A DNA stretch of 57,067 nucleotides from a virus (lineage: Duplodnaviria > Caudoviricetes): IMG/VR virus record IMGVR_UViG_3300005325_000006, positions 1 through 57,067 of that record. One strand, given 5' to 3'. Made by a program: the position numbers and the translations under genes. Positions 8,134-19,790 of this stretch are shown here, one piece after another. The notes under the pieces were generated by a model. That model had not been told where the DNA came from. It saw only the letters and a program-made list of their open reading frames with translations, and did not search any database. Position 1 is the stretch's first letter; each line of letters opens with the position of its first letter.

Positions 8134-11100
8134 ATGACTGCCGATAACCCCTGCAACTGCGAGAGGCACGAACTTCCCTATTGTGGCAACTGCCCCATTT
8201 ATGAGACGACACCACATCCGATACATGACGCCGATCTTCACTATTGCGGCAAGGAGCGGGTATCAATCTACCAATTTGACTGCACAAAGCACAAAGGGTG
8301 CCTCTCTCACCCCAAGGCGCGGGAATACTTGATGCGGGATGTGGTGGAGGAATTGGAACGAAGAAGTGTTGATTATCGCAACGATGCTGAAAAAAAACTA
8401 TGGTGTGGATATTCTATAAAAGCAGCCGGATTGGATGAGGCCATCACGCTCATCAAGGGTGGTGTGAGGAAATGAAAACAGAATCCGAGATCAAAGAACG
8501 ATTAACCGAAATTAAAGGAGAACTTCGCAACCTCGATAACAAAGAGGCATTGAATCTTTCGTTGTCGTGTGAAGAGTATGAAGTGTCGGATGCTCTTGTA
8601 GCAGAACGGGATGCCTTGGAATGGGTGCTTGTATGACCCCCGACAGCAAGCAGAAGGAATACATTATCAGCAAAATACGACTGCTTGATCTTGAAATTAA
8701 CTGCCCTCGTTATCTGTATATTGGTGGGGCAAAATGCGATCGGAAAACAGTGTTTGCAGAGATTCGGTCCCGCCTCGGTCCCCCACCCTGCCCGCATTGG
8801 GGTATTGAGCATTCAGATGGGATGGAATGGGTATGCAGCCGCCCCGCCCCGGCACCATGCGTTTGGACATATGAAGATGTTCATAACAAATGGGATACCG
8901 AATGTGGAGATGCCTTCCAGTTTGAGGAGGGGGATATTCGGGATAACAATTTCAAGTTCTGCCCATATTGCGGCAGGAAAATACAGGAGCACCCATGATC
9001 CCGCAGCCACAGCAGCAGGAAATTAAATCGTGGTCAGGAGCATATATCATGTACATCAAAGAGGGAAACGTCGTCATAACGGGGGCGAACAAGTTCAAAA
9101 ACTTTAAAGCAGTTTTTCCGATACCAGACGTACGGGATTTGGTAGACACCCCCCCGGCACCGGATGCACTTGCAGCAGCATACGAAAGAGGTATGAGGGA
9201 ATCGTCCTCACCAAAGCACGATGCCGCCATAGCCGCCCGAACCCTGGAAGAGGTGCTGGATGAACTCGAAGAGGGTATCAGAAAACTACCACAAACACAC
9301 TTTGCATCTGTAATGGATTTGATTCAATCCCTCCGGCAGCAGGAGGCGCAGCGATGACTCCTCAGGAAGCAATTGAGAAATACGGCCCTGAACTGTGGGA
9401 TCGGATGTGTAAGACCGGGTATCTTGACGGGATCACATGCACGATCAAACGGGCGCTCTGCGAGTATAAATGCAGAGAATGTGGGTATACTACGCAGGTA
9501 ATGAAAGATGGCAAGGATCTTTACACAAAAGAAGACTGTCCTGCATGTTACAGTTCCGGAACGATGGGTTTTATCAAGTTCCTAGATGCGATCTCAGACA
9601 TTCCCGAACGGGATATTAGTATTGCCCTTCGTGCCGCGCAGGGAGAACAAATCGGAGAATGGGAGTGGGATTAACCCGATGCCGACAGCATTAGCATTAA
9701 TGGTATTATGCCCGATCCACGACGATTATCAGTTAGTAAGTAACTGCAAACTGTGCGATCAATATTGCGGCAACACTATGCTTAGTTGTGGGGTTGTTGA
9801 AGATGATGATACCGGAGGATACTGTGGCGCTTAACGATTGCAAGAACAAAGACAAACGGATCAAGAAATTGCGGGAGAGGATCGCGCATTTAGAGGAAGA
9901 AATTAATAGTACTAGAGATAAGATATGGGTAATGGAAGAGGAAATAAGGAGCCTGTGCGGACAATGCTAAAGAAATCCGAAGATAAACAGTATAAAGGGC
10001 AGCGTAAGAAGATCGTGTATCGTGAGACTCAGCAAAAGAACGGGCCGGCACGGATCGCGCATGTTGAAGAGTTAAAGAAACGGCGGAAGGATAAGAAGAG
10101 CAAAACGTTTAAGGCGTGTATGAAAGTATGACTGAGAATGTAACGATAATTGACATGGGCAAACTTATTGGAAAATACCTGAGAGAGGTTGGAGTGTTGC
10201 CCGAATATGCGCTCTCAAAGACAGACGAAGAGATCGGGAAATTGGTTTTTGAATCGTGCCCGGGCGGGGACCTTGGAGATTTTTTCGATTTTTATTATAA
10301 TGCACGGTGTTATTACAAAATGGACACCCCAGAACCCAAAGACCCATATCCAGGAAGCATTAAAATAATAGATGGTGTTATGAGCGCGTATACAGGTAAG
10401 AATTGGGTTACTTTGAACGGCCCTCCGGTGACAGTATGACAATTCTTGACAAGCTTGTGGAAAGGAAAGATATTATCAAGTATTGTGAGGCCCGCATCGA
10501 GAAGTTAAAATCTAATCTCCGTAGAATCAAACAAATCCCGGAAAAAGATCGACAATATGCAGTAAAAAAGATTGCGGGTCGGATCCACGAACTCAAAGAA
10601 CTAAAAACCGTTGTGCATGGGCACAAAGAACGGACACTATCCACTAAATATTGGGAGGATACAAGGGAATCGCGGGAGAGCAAGGAATGACCGAACCTAA
10701 GATCTGTATCCTGTTTGAAGTACCTTGTCATAACGTATGTGAAGAGTATTGTTTGGATCCGGGAGAAGTGAAGGACAAGGAACGGTGTAAGATGCCGGAT
10801 GAAAAGGAGGGAAATTAAGTTATGTGGCCGTTTAGTAAACGCAAAGTGCAGGAAAAGCCCATTCAACCGCAATACAAATACGATGTAGGGCAGTGGGTAG
10901 AGTTTAAGTATTGTAATAAAATATTAAAGGGCATCATACGTCATAGAAACTATGATGATCGTGACGAGTTTAATAAATATGAAATCACGTATAATATTAA
11001 TCCTAACGGATGGAGAACTAACCCTCGCGTGGGAGAAACTGATGTTTTATGGGTAACAACCCCCCCGGAAAAGACACTGGACGCCCAATATGATTATTGG

Positions 11101-11938
11101 ATAACGTTCAATCCGAAATGTGGATGTCCGCCCGCATTAAAAGTAGAACAAGAGCCGGCAGACCCATTAGATCGACCGGCAGACCCATTAGGTCGAAACA
11201 ATAGTTGTCTTGGTTTAAATGGGTATATTGATGGGATACGGTTAAAGAAGTTCTCATCAAAAAAAGAGGCGTATGATTATCTGTTTGAACACGATAAGAA
11301 GATCTGTAAAATGATCAGTGATAATAAGTGTCTGTCGGTATCTGCGTTAGTAGAGAAGATCAGACGGAAATTAGAGAATGATTAAGATGACTGATATGAT
11401 TGATAAGAAGAACCTGCTTGATTATCTTGAAGATTGTAAAAACCGTGCTGGAAAATACGGAAATAATACAGTTACTGAGCAGTTGAATGTGATTATAACC
11501 GCGCTTTCAACCACTTTCTTCGACGCGAAAGAACTGGAGACAAATAAGTATCTGCGCACCCCGTGTCACATTCAGGACATCCCATTAAAGATAAACAACC
11601 ACGAGACTAGGATTTCAGACATTGAAAGAACGTTCTGTAACTGTCCTGTTAACAAGTTTGGTGATTTTGAGAACCTCATCAAAGAGTGTGAGGAGCGTAC
11701 AAAGACATATCCTGAAAGAAACCGGTGGCAGCTTAAACTCGAAGATCTTGAAAAACGGTTGGAGAACCTGGAAAAACAGATAGAAGATCTTAAAAAGAAC
11801 CCCCCGCAGATAATGATGCTCCACCCCAAAAAAGGGACGATGGTTGTCACGTTTAGGGACGTAATTTGTGGAGCCCCGGAGACCCATATTTACAATTGTG
11901 AGAATCTTATTTCAATATCTTTTTCAGATCGGTTATAA
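8134..11938 (+). other. Run of ~13 short overlapping accessory ORFs, several with zinc-ribbon motifs (e.g. FKFCPYCG ending 8998; CRECG...CPAC in 9354-9674)
   Basis: ATGA/TAATG coupling, co-orientation; ends at terminator ~11935. Confidence 0.75.
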
Positions 11939-11963
11939 TCCCCCCCCTTTTTTCCCTCTCACT

Positions 11964-11986
11964 GTAATAGAAACCTTTAAGTATAA
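11964..11986 (+). promoter_or_regulatory. Promoter GTAATAGAAACCTTTAAGTA upstream of portal
   Basis: Copy of the terS promoter motif. Confidence 0.65.
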
Positions 11987-12064
11987 GTAACAGATATACT
12001 TATAAAGATAACGATTACTTTTGGTAAATAATCTTTTCTCAATAAGAAAAGGGGCGCGCGGATA

Positions 12065-14464
12065 ATGGTAGCTAACGATAACAAAATTATGAGTATAACC
12101 AGTGGTGAAGCGGAAGGCAACGAAGTTTTCATCTCATGGACCAACCAGTATTTAAACCCGAAAATAACGCCGGATACTGCTAACCGGTATCTTACACAAA
12201 ACATCCACATGAAAAATAATCTGGTTAACATGCAATCCCAGATCTTCCCGGGTGAGCCGGACATCGATATGGTCGGGGAGGATGATGAGATTGACGAAGC
12301 CGGTACTAAATGGCTGCGGGATCTCTTGTATCCGCTTCAGATCTACAACTCCATGCAGATAAGCTGGCAGGATTGTATGGGGCACGGGTGTTCTGTCAAG
12401 TCTCCCGGCTTTGTGAAAGGGAAAGATAAGAAATACACTATAACCGAACTCCGCGATCTCCCTGCAATATCGTTCCGCGAAACCCCGGGCGGGTTTGCTA
12501 CAAAAGGCGTATCGAACGGCCTGATGCCCGGGATCGTGTATGATCCGGAAATGAAATGGGTAGATGATAAAGGAGTTGAACATACCGGGAAAGTGCGCGC
12601 GTTCCAGAACGACGGGAAAAATTCCAACACTACCGAAGTCGAGAACTTTTACATTATCCGCGATCCGACCACACCGGCACCGGCAGGGTTGGCGTATTGT
12701 CTCCCGGTATACCCCGTTATCGCAATGATCGATCTGGCAAACCAAGCAGCGAACCAACAGATGGCACGGACGGGCGCCCCGCTGATATTCCCGAAGATCG
12801 CCGACGATGCGCAGTTAACCACAAATATTAAGACGTGGGGCGAACAGTTTATTAAACGGTGGGGTAAGAACACTGGGTTTGTACTTCCGCCAGGCGTGGA
12901 CTTAGCTAACCCCAACATCCACGAAACCCAGAACGCTAAGCTCAGGCTAGAAGCCTTGATCGGGTGGGTTAACAGCTTCTTCAACCCGACATCGGTATTA
13001 AAACGAGAAGGGCAGACGCTCTCCTCATCTGACACCGCAGCGCTCCAAATCTGGAATAATTTTATATCTGGCCAACAGGCATGGATAGAGTATGCGTATG
13101 AATGTATGCTTAATCCACTCCTTGAGCCGAACGGGTATGCGGGGAAATACGTACGGATCAGGTTAACGCGCCCGACAATTGACCGGAGCCAACAGAAGAT
13201 CGAGCAGTTAAAGATCGGGTTTACGGCTAAGGCATTAACACCGGAACTGATATACAAGAACTTAGATGCATTGGACATCCCGTCATGGAGTGAAGAGTAT
13301 AAGGCCCAGCTTGATGAGTATAACGCATCGCAGCAACCGGCACAGGATCCGTTTGGCGGGTTCGGGGGATCTCCGTTTGGGCAGGAACAGTTCCCGGTAG
13401 GTAACATTTCACCGTTGCCCCCGGCCAAACTAGAACGGACGGAACCGTACCGGGAAGTTAAAAGCGGGATTACTGAAGCAATCCAAGAGGCAAAGAAGAA
13501 AGTTTTGGGAGCTCTGAAAAAGTCATACCCTAATACCGCCCCTGCACAGAAGCCGGGGCTTATCCAGAACATTAAGGACGCGATTTTCGGGAATGCACCG
13601 GGTGAAGAGGGCACGTGGGTAACGATCAACGGGACACACATCTTAATTAAAGACGGCGAAAGTATCGGAGATGCATTTGCGAGACACACCGGAAAACCAC
13701 TACCTGCGAAATCATACGCAACTCCGGATAATCCAGATTCCGGGGGATATGTGAAACTCGGGGATGAAAACGTGTGGGTTCCCGGCAACGAGACTGGTGC
13801 ACAAACCATTAAAAGAATTACTGGGGAAGATATGTTACCCGGGGAAAATGTGGGTCAGGCTATGGATCGTATCAACAAAGCACCAAAACCATTAGCAAAA
13901 ATAGTGTATTCTGACGACGAGACCCCCCCCTCAACTATATCGGTAAAAGGGAAACTAATTACCATACATGAAGACGAAACCGTTGTTGATGCGTATAAAG
14001 CGTCAACAGGTAAAGAGATGGAGCATACCGGTAAATCCGGTATTGATGTCCGGCACACATCATCTGAGAATAAACCACAAAGTGATTTTGGGCATGCAAT
14101 GTTTGTTAGAGGGGATATGGAACGCCGTGTCGCGGGGGCATATGGTGATGTAAGGTGGACCTACGACCGATCACAAGGCACCGATATAAATACCCTAAAA
14201 TCCGAGACGATCAAAGCATGGAACGATGATCGCGCCGCGGGGTTGTTTGTTGGCGAAGATGAATACATATCTGGGAAAGACGCATTTAAAGGATTCACCC
14301 CCTCCGATATAGTTGATGGTGCCCAAAATTGGGATGATGGTCCTAGAACACAATGGTTTTATGAGCGCATTGCAGAACCAAGAGGAATTAAAGCGGTAAA
14401 TTTCGGAGATGGTAGTGTGGTTTTTGATAAATCATTAATGAAAAAAGTTCCGGGGTATAAATGA
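12065..14464 (+). CDS. Portal protein with long C-terminal extension
   Basis: Position before MuF; portal-like N-terminal ~450 aa; extension begins with GTWVTINGTHILI. Confidence 0.75.
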   Translation: MVANDNKIMSITSGEAEGNEVFISWTNQYLNPKITPDTANRYLTQNIHMKNNLVNMQSQIFPGEPDIDMVGEDDEIDEAGTKWLRDLLYPLQIYNSMQISWQDCMGHGCSVKSPGFVKGKDKKYTITELRDLPAISFRETPGGFATKGVSNGLMPGIVYDPEMKWVDDKGVEHTGKVRAFQNDGKNSNTTEVENFYIIRDPTTPAPAGLAYCLPVYPVIAMIDLANQAANQQMARTGAPLIFPKIADDAQLTTNIKTWGEQFIKRWGKNTGFVLPPGVDLANPNIHETQNAKLRLEALIGWVNSFFNPTSVLKREGQTLSSSDTAALQIWNNFISGQQAWIEYAYECMLNPLLEPNGYAGKYVRIRLTRPTIDRSQQKIEQLKIGFTAKALTPELIYKNLDALDIPSWSEEYKAQLDEYNASQQPAQDPFGGFGGSPFGQEQFPVGNISPLPPAKLERTEPYREVKSGITEAIQEAKKKVLGALKKSYPNTAPAQKPGLIQNIKDAIFGNAPGEEGTWVTINGTHILIKDGESIGDAFARHTGKPLPAKSYATPDNPDSGGYVKLGDENVWVPGNETGAQTIKRITGEDMLPGENVGQAMDRINKAPKPLAKIVYSDDETPPSTISVKGKLITIHEDETVVDAYKASTGKEMEHTGKSGIDVRHTSSENKPQSDFGHAMFVRGDMERRVAGAYGDVRWTYDRSQGTDINTLKSETIKAWNDDRAAGLFVGEDEYISGKDAFKGFTPSDIVDGAQNWDDGPRTQWFYERIAEPRGIKAVNFGDGSVVFDKSLMKKVPGYK

Positions 14465-14466
14465 AA

Positions 14467-14610
14467 CTAAGAAGAGTTTTTCCAGACCGTATAATCAGTC
14501 ATAAACTCAAATCCGAGATATCCCCCACATACTTTAACCAACTTCGACACATGATGGGAGATCATTTTCTCAGCACTTTTTCGGGTCTTTGCTTCAACAA
14601 ATGTTTGCAT
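14467..14610 (-). CDS. 47-aa antisense-oriented protein (not in ORF track)
   Basis: MQTFVEAKTRKSAEKMISHHVSKLVKVCGGYLGFEFMTDYTVWKNSS; TATA-like TTTTATTA ~25 nt upstream. Confidence 0.7.
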   Translation of the reverse strand: MQTFVEAKTRKSAEKMISHHVSKLVKVCGGYLGFEFMTDYTVWKNSS

Positions 14611-14686
14611 AATCCAACATATCATTGTGAGATAATAAAACTATCTCTTATTCCCCTACCAACAAATTACAAACGGAGCGCGATCC

Positions 14687-15424
14687 ATGCCGTTTGAAGA
14701 GGAAGAACTGATCGACGATGCATTTAAAGCACTGGAGGCGTCAACCATTGCCGCGCTAGTCGATCAGGCAGCAGAGGCGTATATCCGGGGGGAAGTCAGA
14801 GCGCGGAAAATACTCGGGCTTGGTTTGGATTTTAATTTGATTTCATCTAAGGCCGTGCTGGCAACCAAGAATTACCGCGATATGCTGGAAGCGCAGGGCG
14901 GATCGTTAGTTACTAAGATCACGGAAGACGGGAAAGCGTACCGGACCTTTGAGCCATGGCTAAAAACCGGAATTGACGCGGATCGTGCGCGCGTAGGTGA
15001 GATTGTAGCGGATGCGGTGAGGGAAGGTAAACCGCTTCGGGAAGTTGAAAAAGAGCTCGAAGGTGTTTTCTCCATGCGTGAGCATAATGCGAAACTTACG
15101 GCCTACCAAGAAACTAAGGCGCAATTTAACTCTGGGGCAATGGCCCGGTTTAAGGAAGAAGAGATCCGGAAAGCTAAGTGGGTACATATGGACCCGCAGG
15201 ACAATCCCCGTCCTGAACATCAGGAGTTAGACGGGCAGGTATTCGATTTAGACGACCCGATCTGGGCGGAATTAGATCTCCCTTGGTGTCATTGTTATGC
15301 AGATCCTTTAATCCCTACTGTTGAGGGGATGGACGAAGAAGAGGAGGTATTCAATATTACAAATAAAATAAAGGATAGAATAAATAATTATAATTTTACT
15401 AATGCAGATGAAAAGGAACAATAG
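14687..15424 (+). CDS. Head morphogenesis protein (MuF / SPP1 gp7-like)
   Basis: AYQET...N, W...RPEHQELDGQVFDLDD, WCHC. Confidence 0.85.
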   Translation: MPFEEEELIDDAFKALEASTIAALVDQAAEAYIRGEVRARKILGLGLDFNLISSKAVLATKNYRDMLEAQGGSLVTKITEDGKAYRTFEPWLKTGIDADRARVGEIVADAVREGKPLREVEKELEGVFSMREHNAKLTAYQETKAQFNSGAMARFKEEEIRKAKWVHMDPQDNPRPEHQELDGQVFDLDDPIWAELDLPWCHCYADPLIPTVEGMDEEEEVFNITNKIKDRINNYNFTNADEKEQ

Positions 15425-15471
15425 AAACCATTATTACCTATTAGAGCAATAATTACACTCTTGATCTTAAT

Positions 15472-15771
15472 ATGATTTCTCCTTTATCAACAGAATTTAA
15501 AATCGCGTGTGAGATCTACAGGTACAACCAGAAAAACGAACCCGTCTGGTATAAAAAACTCTGCGACCGGTTTAACGATCTCGCCCCAATACTAAAAATA
15601 AGCATTGATAGTAAACGGGTTGGTGAATGTATCGACACTCTTTTTGATTGGGGTATTATAGGCGCCGATTATGGATCTACAGATATGGGACATGCAGGGA
15701 GACGGCTGTTTATAACTAAAGAAGCAGCACCCATTATCAGAGAACTTTATAAAAAATATTGGGTGGTGTGA
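15472..15771 (+). CDS. Winged-helix putative transcription regulator
   Basis: VWYKKL...IDTLFDWGII; own TAGAAACCATTATTA promoter. Confidence 0.6.
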   Translation: MISPLSTEFKIACEIYRYNQKNEPVWYKKLCDRFNDLAPILKISIDSKRVGECIDTLFDWGIIGADYGSTDMGHAGRRLFITKEAAPIIRELYKKYWVV

Positions 15772-15780
15772 TGGTGATAC

Positions 15781-15981
15781 GTTACGCTTCTTGAGAAACT
15801 AGAATCGGCGATAATCTGGGTATTAGATAACTGTTTTCCCCCGTTTCAGGACGTGCCGTGTCCCGAATGTTCCGGCAGCGGGCATATCCGGTATTACGAT
15901 AACGACGGGGATTATACGGATCGGTGCGTGTGTTGGCGATGTCACGGGAAAGGAGTGATCGAACATGGCCGATTATTCTGA
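15781..15981 (+). CDS. DnaJ-type zinc-finger microprotein, start uncertain (not in ORF track)
   Basis: CPECSGSG...CWRCHGKG. Confidence 0.6.
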   Translation, partial: VTLLEKLESAIIWVLDNCFPPFQDVPCPECSGSGHIRYYDNDGDYTDRCVCWRCHGKGVIEHGRLF

Positions 15982-16085
15982 GTTTGAAAAACATCTGGTC
16001 CGGCACCTGGATAAAATTATTATAGGTGTAGGGATAATGATTATTATGTATTGTTCTATTATGATCTTGGTTCTGAGGGGATAGC

Positions 16086-16399
16086 GTGAAAATATCGTTC
16101 GATGTGAGGAAACTAATTAACCTTGATAATGGAGATGGTGATTTTGTATTGTACGGGATCCGTAAAGACTCCGCAAAGATCCTGCATCAATACAGAGGTA
16201 AGCGAGCCCGCGTAACTATCGAGGTTGGGGAATGAAAATATCGTTCGATGCAGATGGATATGTTTGCTGTTATGCGGGCAATTATACTCTTACATATGAA
16301 TTAAATAAAATACCCCCGAAAACATTAAATTTACTTTCAAAAGAATTTCATAGTAAAAAACTTCGCGTAACTCTTGAAGTTATTGGAGAGATAGAATGA
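16086..16399 (+). other. Two tandem paralogous small ORFs (16086-16235, 16232-16399)
   Basis: Both begin MKISFD and end RVT(I/L)EV. Confidence 0.65.
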
Positions 16400-16818
16400 A
16401 CCCCCAAGGCACGATCCGCGCTTTAATTGCAAACGATCCACAACCAGATAGAGATGGAGATCGTAATAAGTCAAGAGTTGCCGAAATATGGTTTTCTCCA
16501 GAAGATGAGGAGGACGTAAAAGCGATTATATCCGGTAGAGATATGATAACATTTAAGGTGATGAAATGATCGAAGAAGAAGGATCTTTTAAAAACGGTGC
16601 GTGGGTGAAACGAGAACTTACGCAATACGAGAAAGATATCGAAGCGTGGAGGAACGATATCTTAAGTGATCCGGTGTTTGTCCGTGATTTCATGGAAGAA
16701 TGTACCGGCGCGCGGATGTTTGACGACGTGTTTTCAGGAATGAGGATATCGACAGAGATGATGTGGCATATGATCACTCCCGATGAAAACAAGAACGGTG
16801 TTAGTTATACGGTTGTGA

Positions 16819-17271
16819 TTGAAAATGACAACTAAAATGGGAACGGTTAAGATCGAGTGTGACGGGATGATAAGCAGATTGTGGATAAACGATGTTGAAC
16901 AAAAAAACTTAACGAACATTGAGTTTAAACACAACGTTAACGGATACCCCGAAGTCACAACCACACAGATCCCAATCAAGGATGATGGAAAGACACCCGA
17001 TCTTATGATCTGCCCTATGCATTCACAATGTCTATATCCGAGATCTGATTGTTACCACAAAACCCCCCACGAACGCGATAAAATGTGTGCCCATAGGTTC
17101 TGTAATGGGTGCCCCGATTGTATCCCTTACGTAGAACCGAAGAAACCAAAACGATGTGGATGTTTGAAGATCCCGTGGTCTTTTATACCATGTCCACACT
17201 ATCATAACGATTATACAAAACCCGAACCAGAGTGCACGTATGAGGGGGATTGTAAATATTGCCGCGAATAA
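16819..17271 (+). CDS. Cys/His-rich hypothetical protein
   Basis: ORF in co-oriented run. Confidence 0.65.
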   Translation: MKMTTKMGTVKIECDGMISRLWINDVEQKNLTNIEFKHNVNGYPEVTTTQIPIKDDGKTPDLMICPMHSQCLYPRSDCYHKTPHERDKMCAHRFCNGCPDCIPYVEPKKPKRCGCLKIPWSFIPCPHYHNDYTKPEPECTYEGDCKYCRE

Positions 17272-17422
17272 TCCCTCCTTTACGAAATAAATGCCATCTT
17301 TGGGTGTTTTCGCATCGCGTCCCGCAGTGTCCCCATTTCAAACCCGGCGAATACCCCCCAGAGTTTGTATGTGATTATAGTGGCCACTGTAACAACAAGT
17401 TAACTCCGGGGTGGGAATTTAG

Positions 17423-18427
17423 ATGTCCCGGATAACCCCATTCCAGAACAACTATCCGGAATTATACCCGGGGCATTCTCCCGTGCGGATAAAAGAGATC
17501 CGGCCTAACAGAATGTATTTGATTATCTCATTTACAAGTGACGACCCGATCCTTTATGAGACAAAACTAGTGAGGGTTAAAATAGATGATTGCGTTAACG
17601 AACCGCTTAAAATCCCCGTTACGACTATGTTCAAAGGGTTCGATAAAGTAGCTGAGAAACACCATATCACGATCCAGGTTACGCCTCCCGCACATTATAA
17701 GCAGGCGGGATTAACTTCCCCGGGGTGGATCACAGTCACGGATACGGATATCCCGTTTGATTACGGTACGCGGGTAATGGATTGGCTTTACGATGTCAGC
17801 GACGACCATAAAAAAGAGATTGCAAAACTAATAGGCGACGAGGTAGATGGACTAAATGAAGGGTATGATATTGGATGCGTTATACTGGAGCGCCTTATGG
17901 ACGATCTGCGTGATCATATGGGCACCCCGAACGACACACTAAATCGCTCGAACCCGTTAGATCAATACAAGATGGCGATAAATGGCGAAAGTCGGGTACA
18001 ATGTAACAACATAGTGGACATTTTTACATATTTTTGCGCATCGTATTATGTACCTGCACGAAGAATCAACCTATGGCAAGGCGGGTTGTTTAACTCGGAT
18101 ATTGTCAAATCGTTCGGGTATAACCTCCAGACGGCGGGGGGACATACGGTTGCTGAGGTTTACGACGAAGGGAAAAACCAGTGGATCATGATGGATCCAA
18201 TGTATGGAATTGAAGCGTTCAAAGTGGATGCCGATTGCCATTACCTGAACGTTGCCGAACTTCAGACGTTTATCAACAATCCAGATTTCCTAAACACGAT
18301 TGAGATAACAAAGTATGTCGGGGACGACCATTTCGAGTTTAACCGGAAGTTCAAAGAGGAATCGTTTTTCGGAACGTATCGGAACTATCTTAATTATTCT
18401 CAGCGGATCGGGTATGTGATGCCATGA
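17423..18427 (+). CDS. Transglutaminase-like Cys-His-Asp domain protein
   Basis: QCNN, GHTVAEVYD, WIMMDP. Confidence 0.85.
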   Translation: MSRITPFQNNYPELYPGHSPVRIKEIRPNRMYLIISFTSDDPILYETKLVRVKIDDCVNEPLKIPVTTMFKGFDKVAEKHHITIQVTPPAHYKQAGLTSPGWITVTDTDIPFDYGTRVMDWLYDVSDDHKKEIAKLIGDEVDGLNEGYDIGCVILERLMDDLRDHMGTPNDTLNRSNPLDQYKMAINGESRVQCNNIVDIFTYFCASYYVPARRINLWQGGLFNSDIVKSFGYNLQTAGGHTVAEVYDEGKNQWIMMDPMYGIEAFKVDADCHYLNVAELQTFINNPDFLNTIEITKYVGDDHFEFNRKFKEESFFGTYRNYLNYSQRIGYVMP

Positions 18428-18987
18428 TTATTATTCGCGGAGATATTTATGATAGAATAATCCCGGAGCCTGGCACTATCAGTAAACACGAAGACGGGGA
18501 TAGAGATCCAATGCATAAACGATGTATGCCCGATTATGTTGAGAGAGTAACAAAATATTCAGAAGATGTAAAAAAATACGATGCGGGTGGGTTGTTTGTT
18601 TATAACAAGTTACTTGATATCTCTGGGGATAGGGTTTATTTACAAGATAATGTTTGTAGGTATTATTTAGATCATAGTGAACTATGTAAATACGGCAAAA
18701 TTAGAGAAAAACAAATGAAGTTCGATCTAATGATCCCCAATAGATGTTATGACAACTCTGTGTGTCTCTCAAAGAGAATTGGGGGTAATGTTGCTGTAGG
18801 CTATGCTTGGAGAGATGACGAGAGGGAATGGCGCGCTCATGCGTGGGTTGAGAAAAACAATGTTATCCATGAAACAACATCCCCCCGTGATCTCTATTTT
18901 GGGTATCGTGTCGGACGAGAGGGGAAAAGACAGACTCCAGAGCAAAGGATTATAAATAAAGTTACCCAATTAAAGAAGTTTGGGTGA
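18424..18987 (+). CDS. Putative transglutaminase/papain-fold protein
   Basis: RCYDNS...HAWVE...HETT...YFG. Confidence 0.55.
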   Translation: MIIIRGDIYDRIIPEPGTISKHEDGDRDPMHKRCMPDYVERVTKYSEDVKKYDAGGLFVYNKLLDISGDRVYLQDNVCRYYLDHSELCKYGKIREKQMKFDLMIPNRCYDNSVCLSKRIGGNVAVGYAWRDDEREWRAHAWVEKNNVIHETTSPRDLYFGYRVGREGKRQTPEQRIINKVTQLKKFG

Positions 18988-19790
18988 TGATATGAAACTA
19001 AAAATATCTTTTGATCTCTTTACAGAAGATGATAGTGAGGAGGCCGCAATAGAGAAAATAAGAAAACTAATAAAGGGGCACGGTGTTGTTATCAAACACA
19101 CTTGTGGTTGTATAAGTAAAGAAGAGATGGAACTCCGAATTAAACGGAGAGGGTTGCCAACATTCTGTGATGTTGATTGAAATGACCGATATAATTATTT
19201 GTCATATAATCATGTTTATTGGTATTTTTATTAATATGTATTTTTTATTAAATACGGGCGACCCAGTATTTGTTTTTGCGATCATCGTATTTTGTGCGCT
19301 CCCATTTGTATTTGAGTTCTGGGATATAAAATGACCGTTAAAGTATGTCAATGTAACGGATCTGCCGTATCAGTAGATGGAGACGAGATGACGGAAGAAG
19401 AGCGGAGAAGTGCAAGAGAGATAATCGAAGCGTATAAGAAAGTATTAAATATGTTAATAACAAATAAGGTTAAATAGGTGTTGTTTTTTTGGTACTTACC
19501 ATGTCATTTTTGGATAGGGTGCGAGCATCTTTTCATATCCTCCTGCACGGGATCCCCGTGATTGAAGATGATCTGGGGGAACCGTTCGACTGCAAAGATG
19601 ATCCGGATAACCCACAGCAATTTATACCATGGCAATCGTGTCGATGGTTTGAAGCTCGGTATAGGTGCACTATTCCAAAGGGTTCGGACGAGCCGGCTCC
19701 GTCCGGTTGTGATCACGCGTGTCCTGCACGGCTGGAAGAACTTATGCGCGCGGAATATCTAGAGAGAGAAAACACGGATAGGTTTTACAG

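Noticed and set aside
11154-11195. 21-nt tandem duplication (PADPLDR/PADPLGR)
   Set aside because: Ordinary in-frame slippage duplication
14461-14697. 78-aa plus-strand ORF
   Set aside because: Likely shadow of the minus-strand 47-aa gene, which has its own promoter
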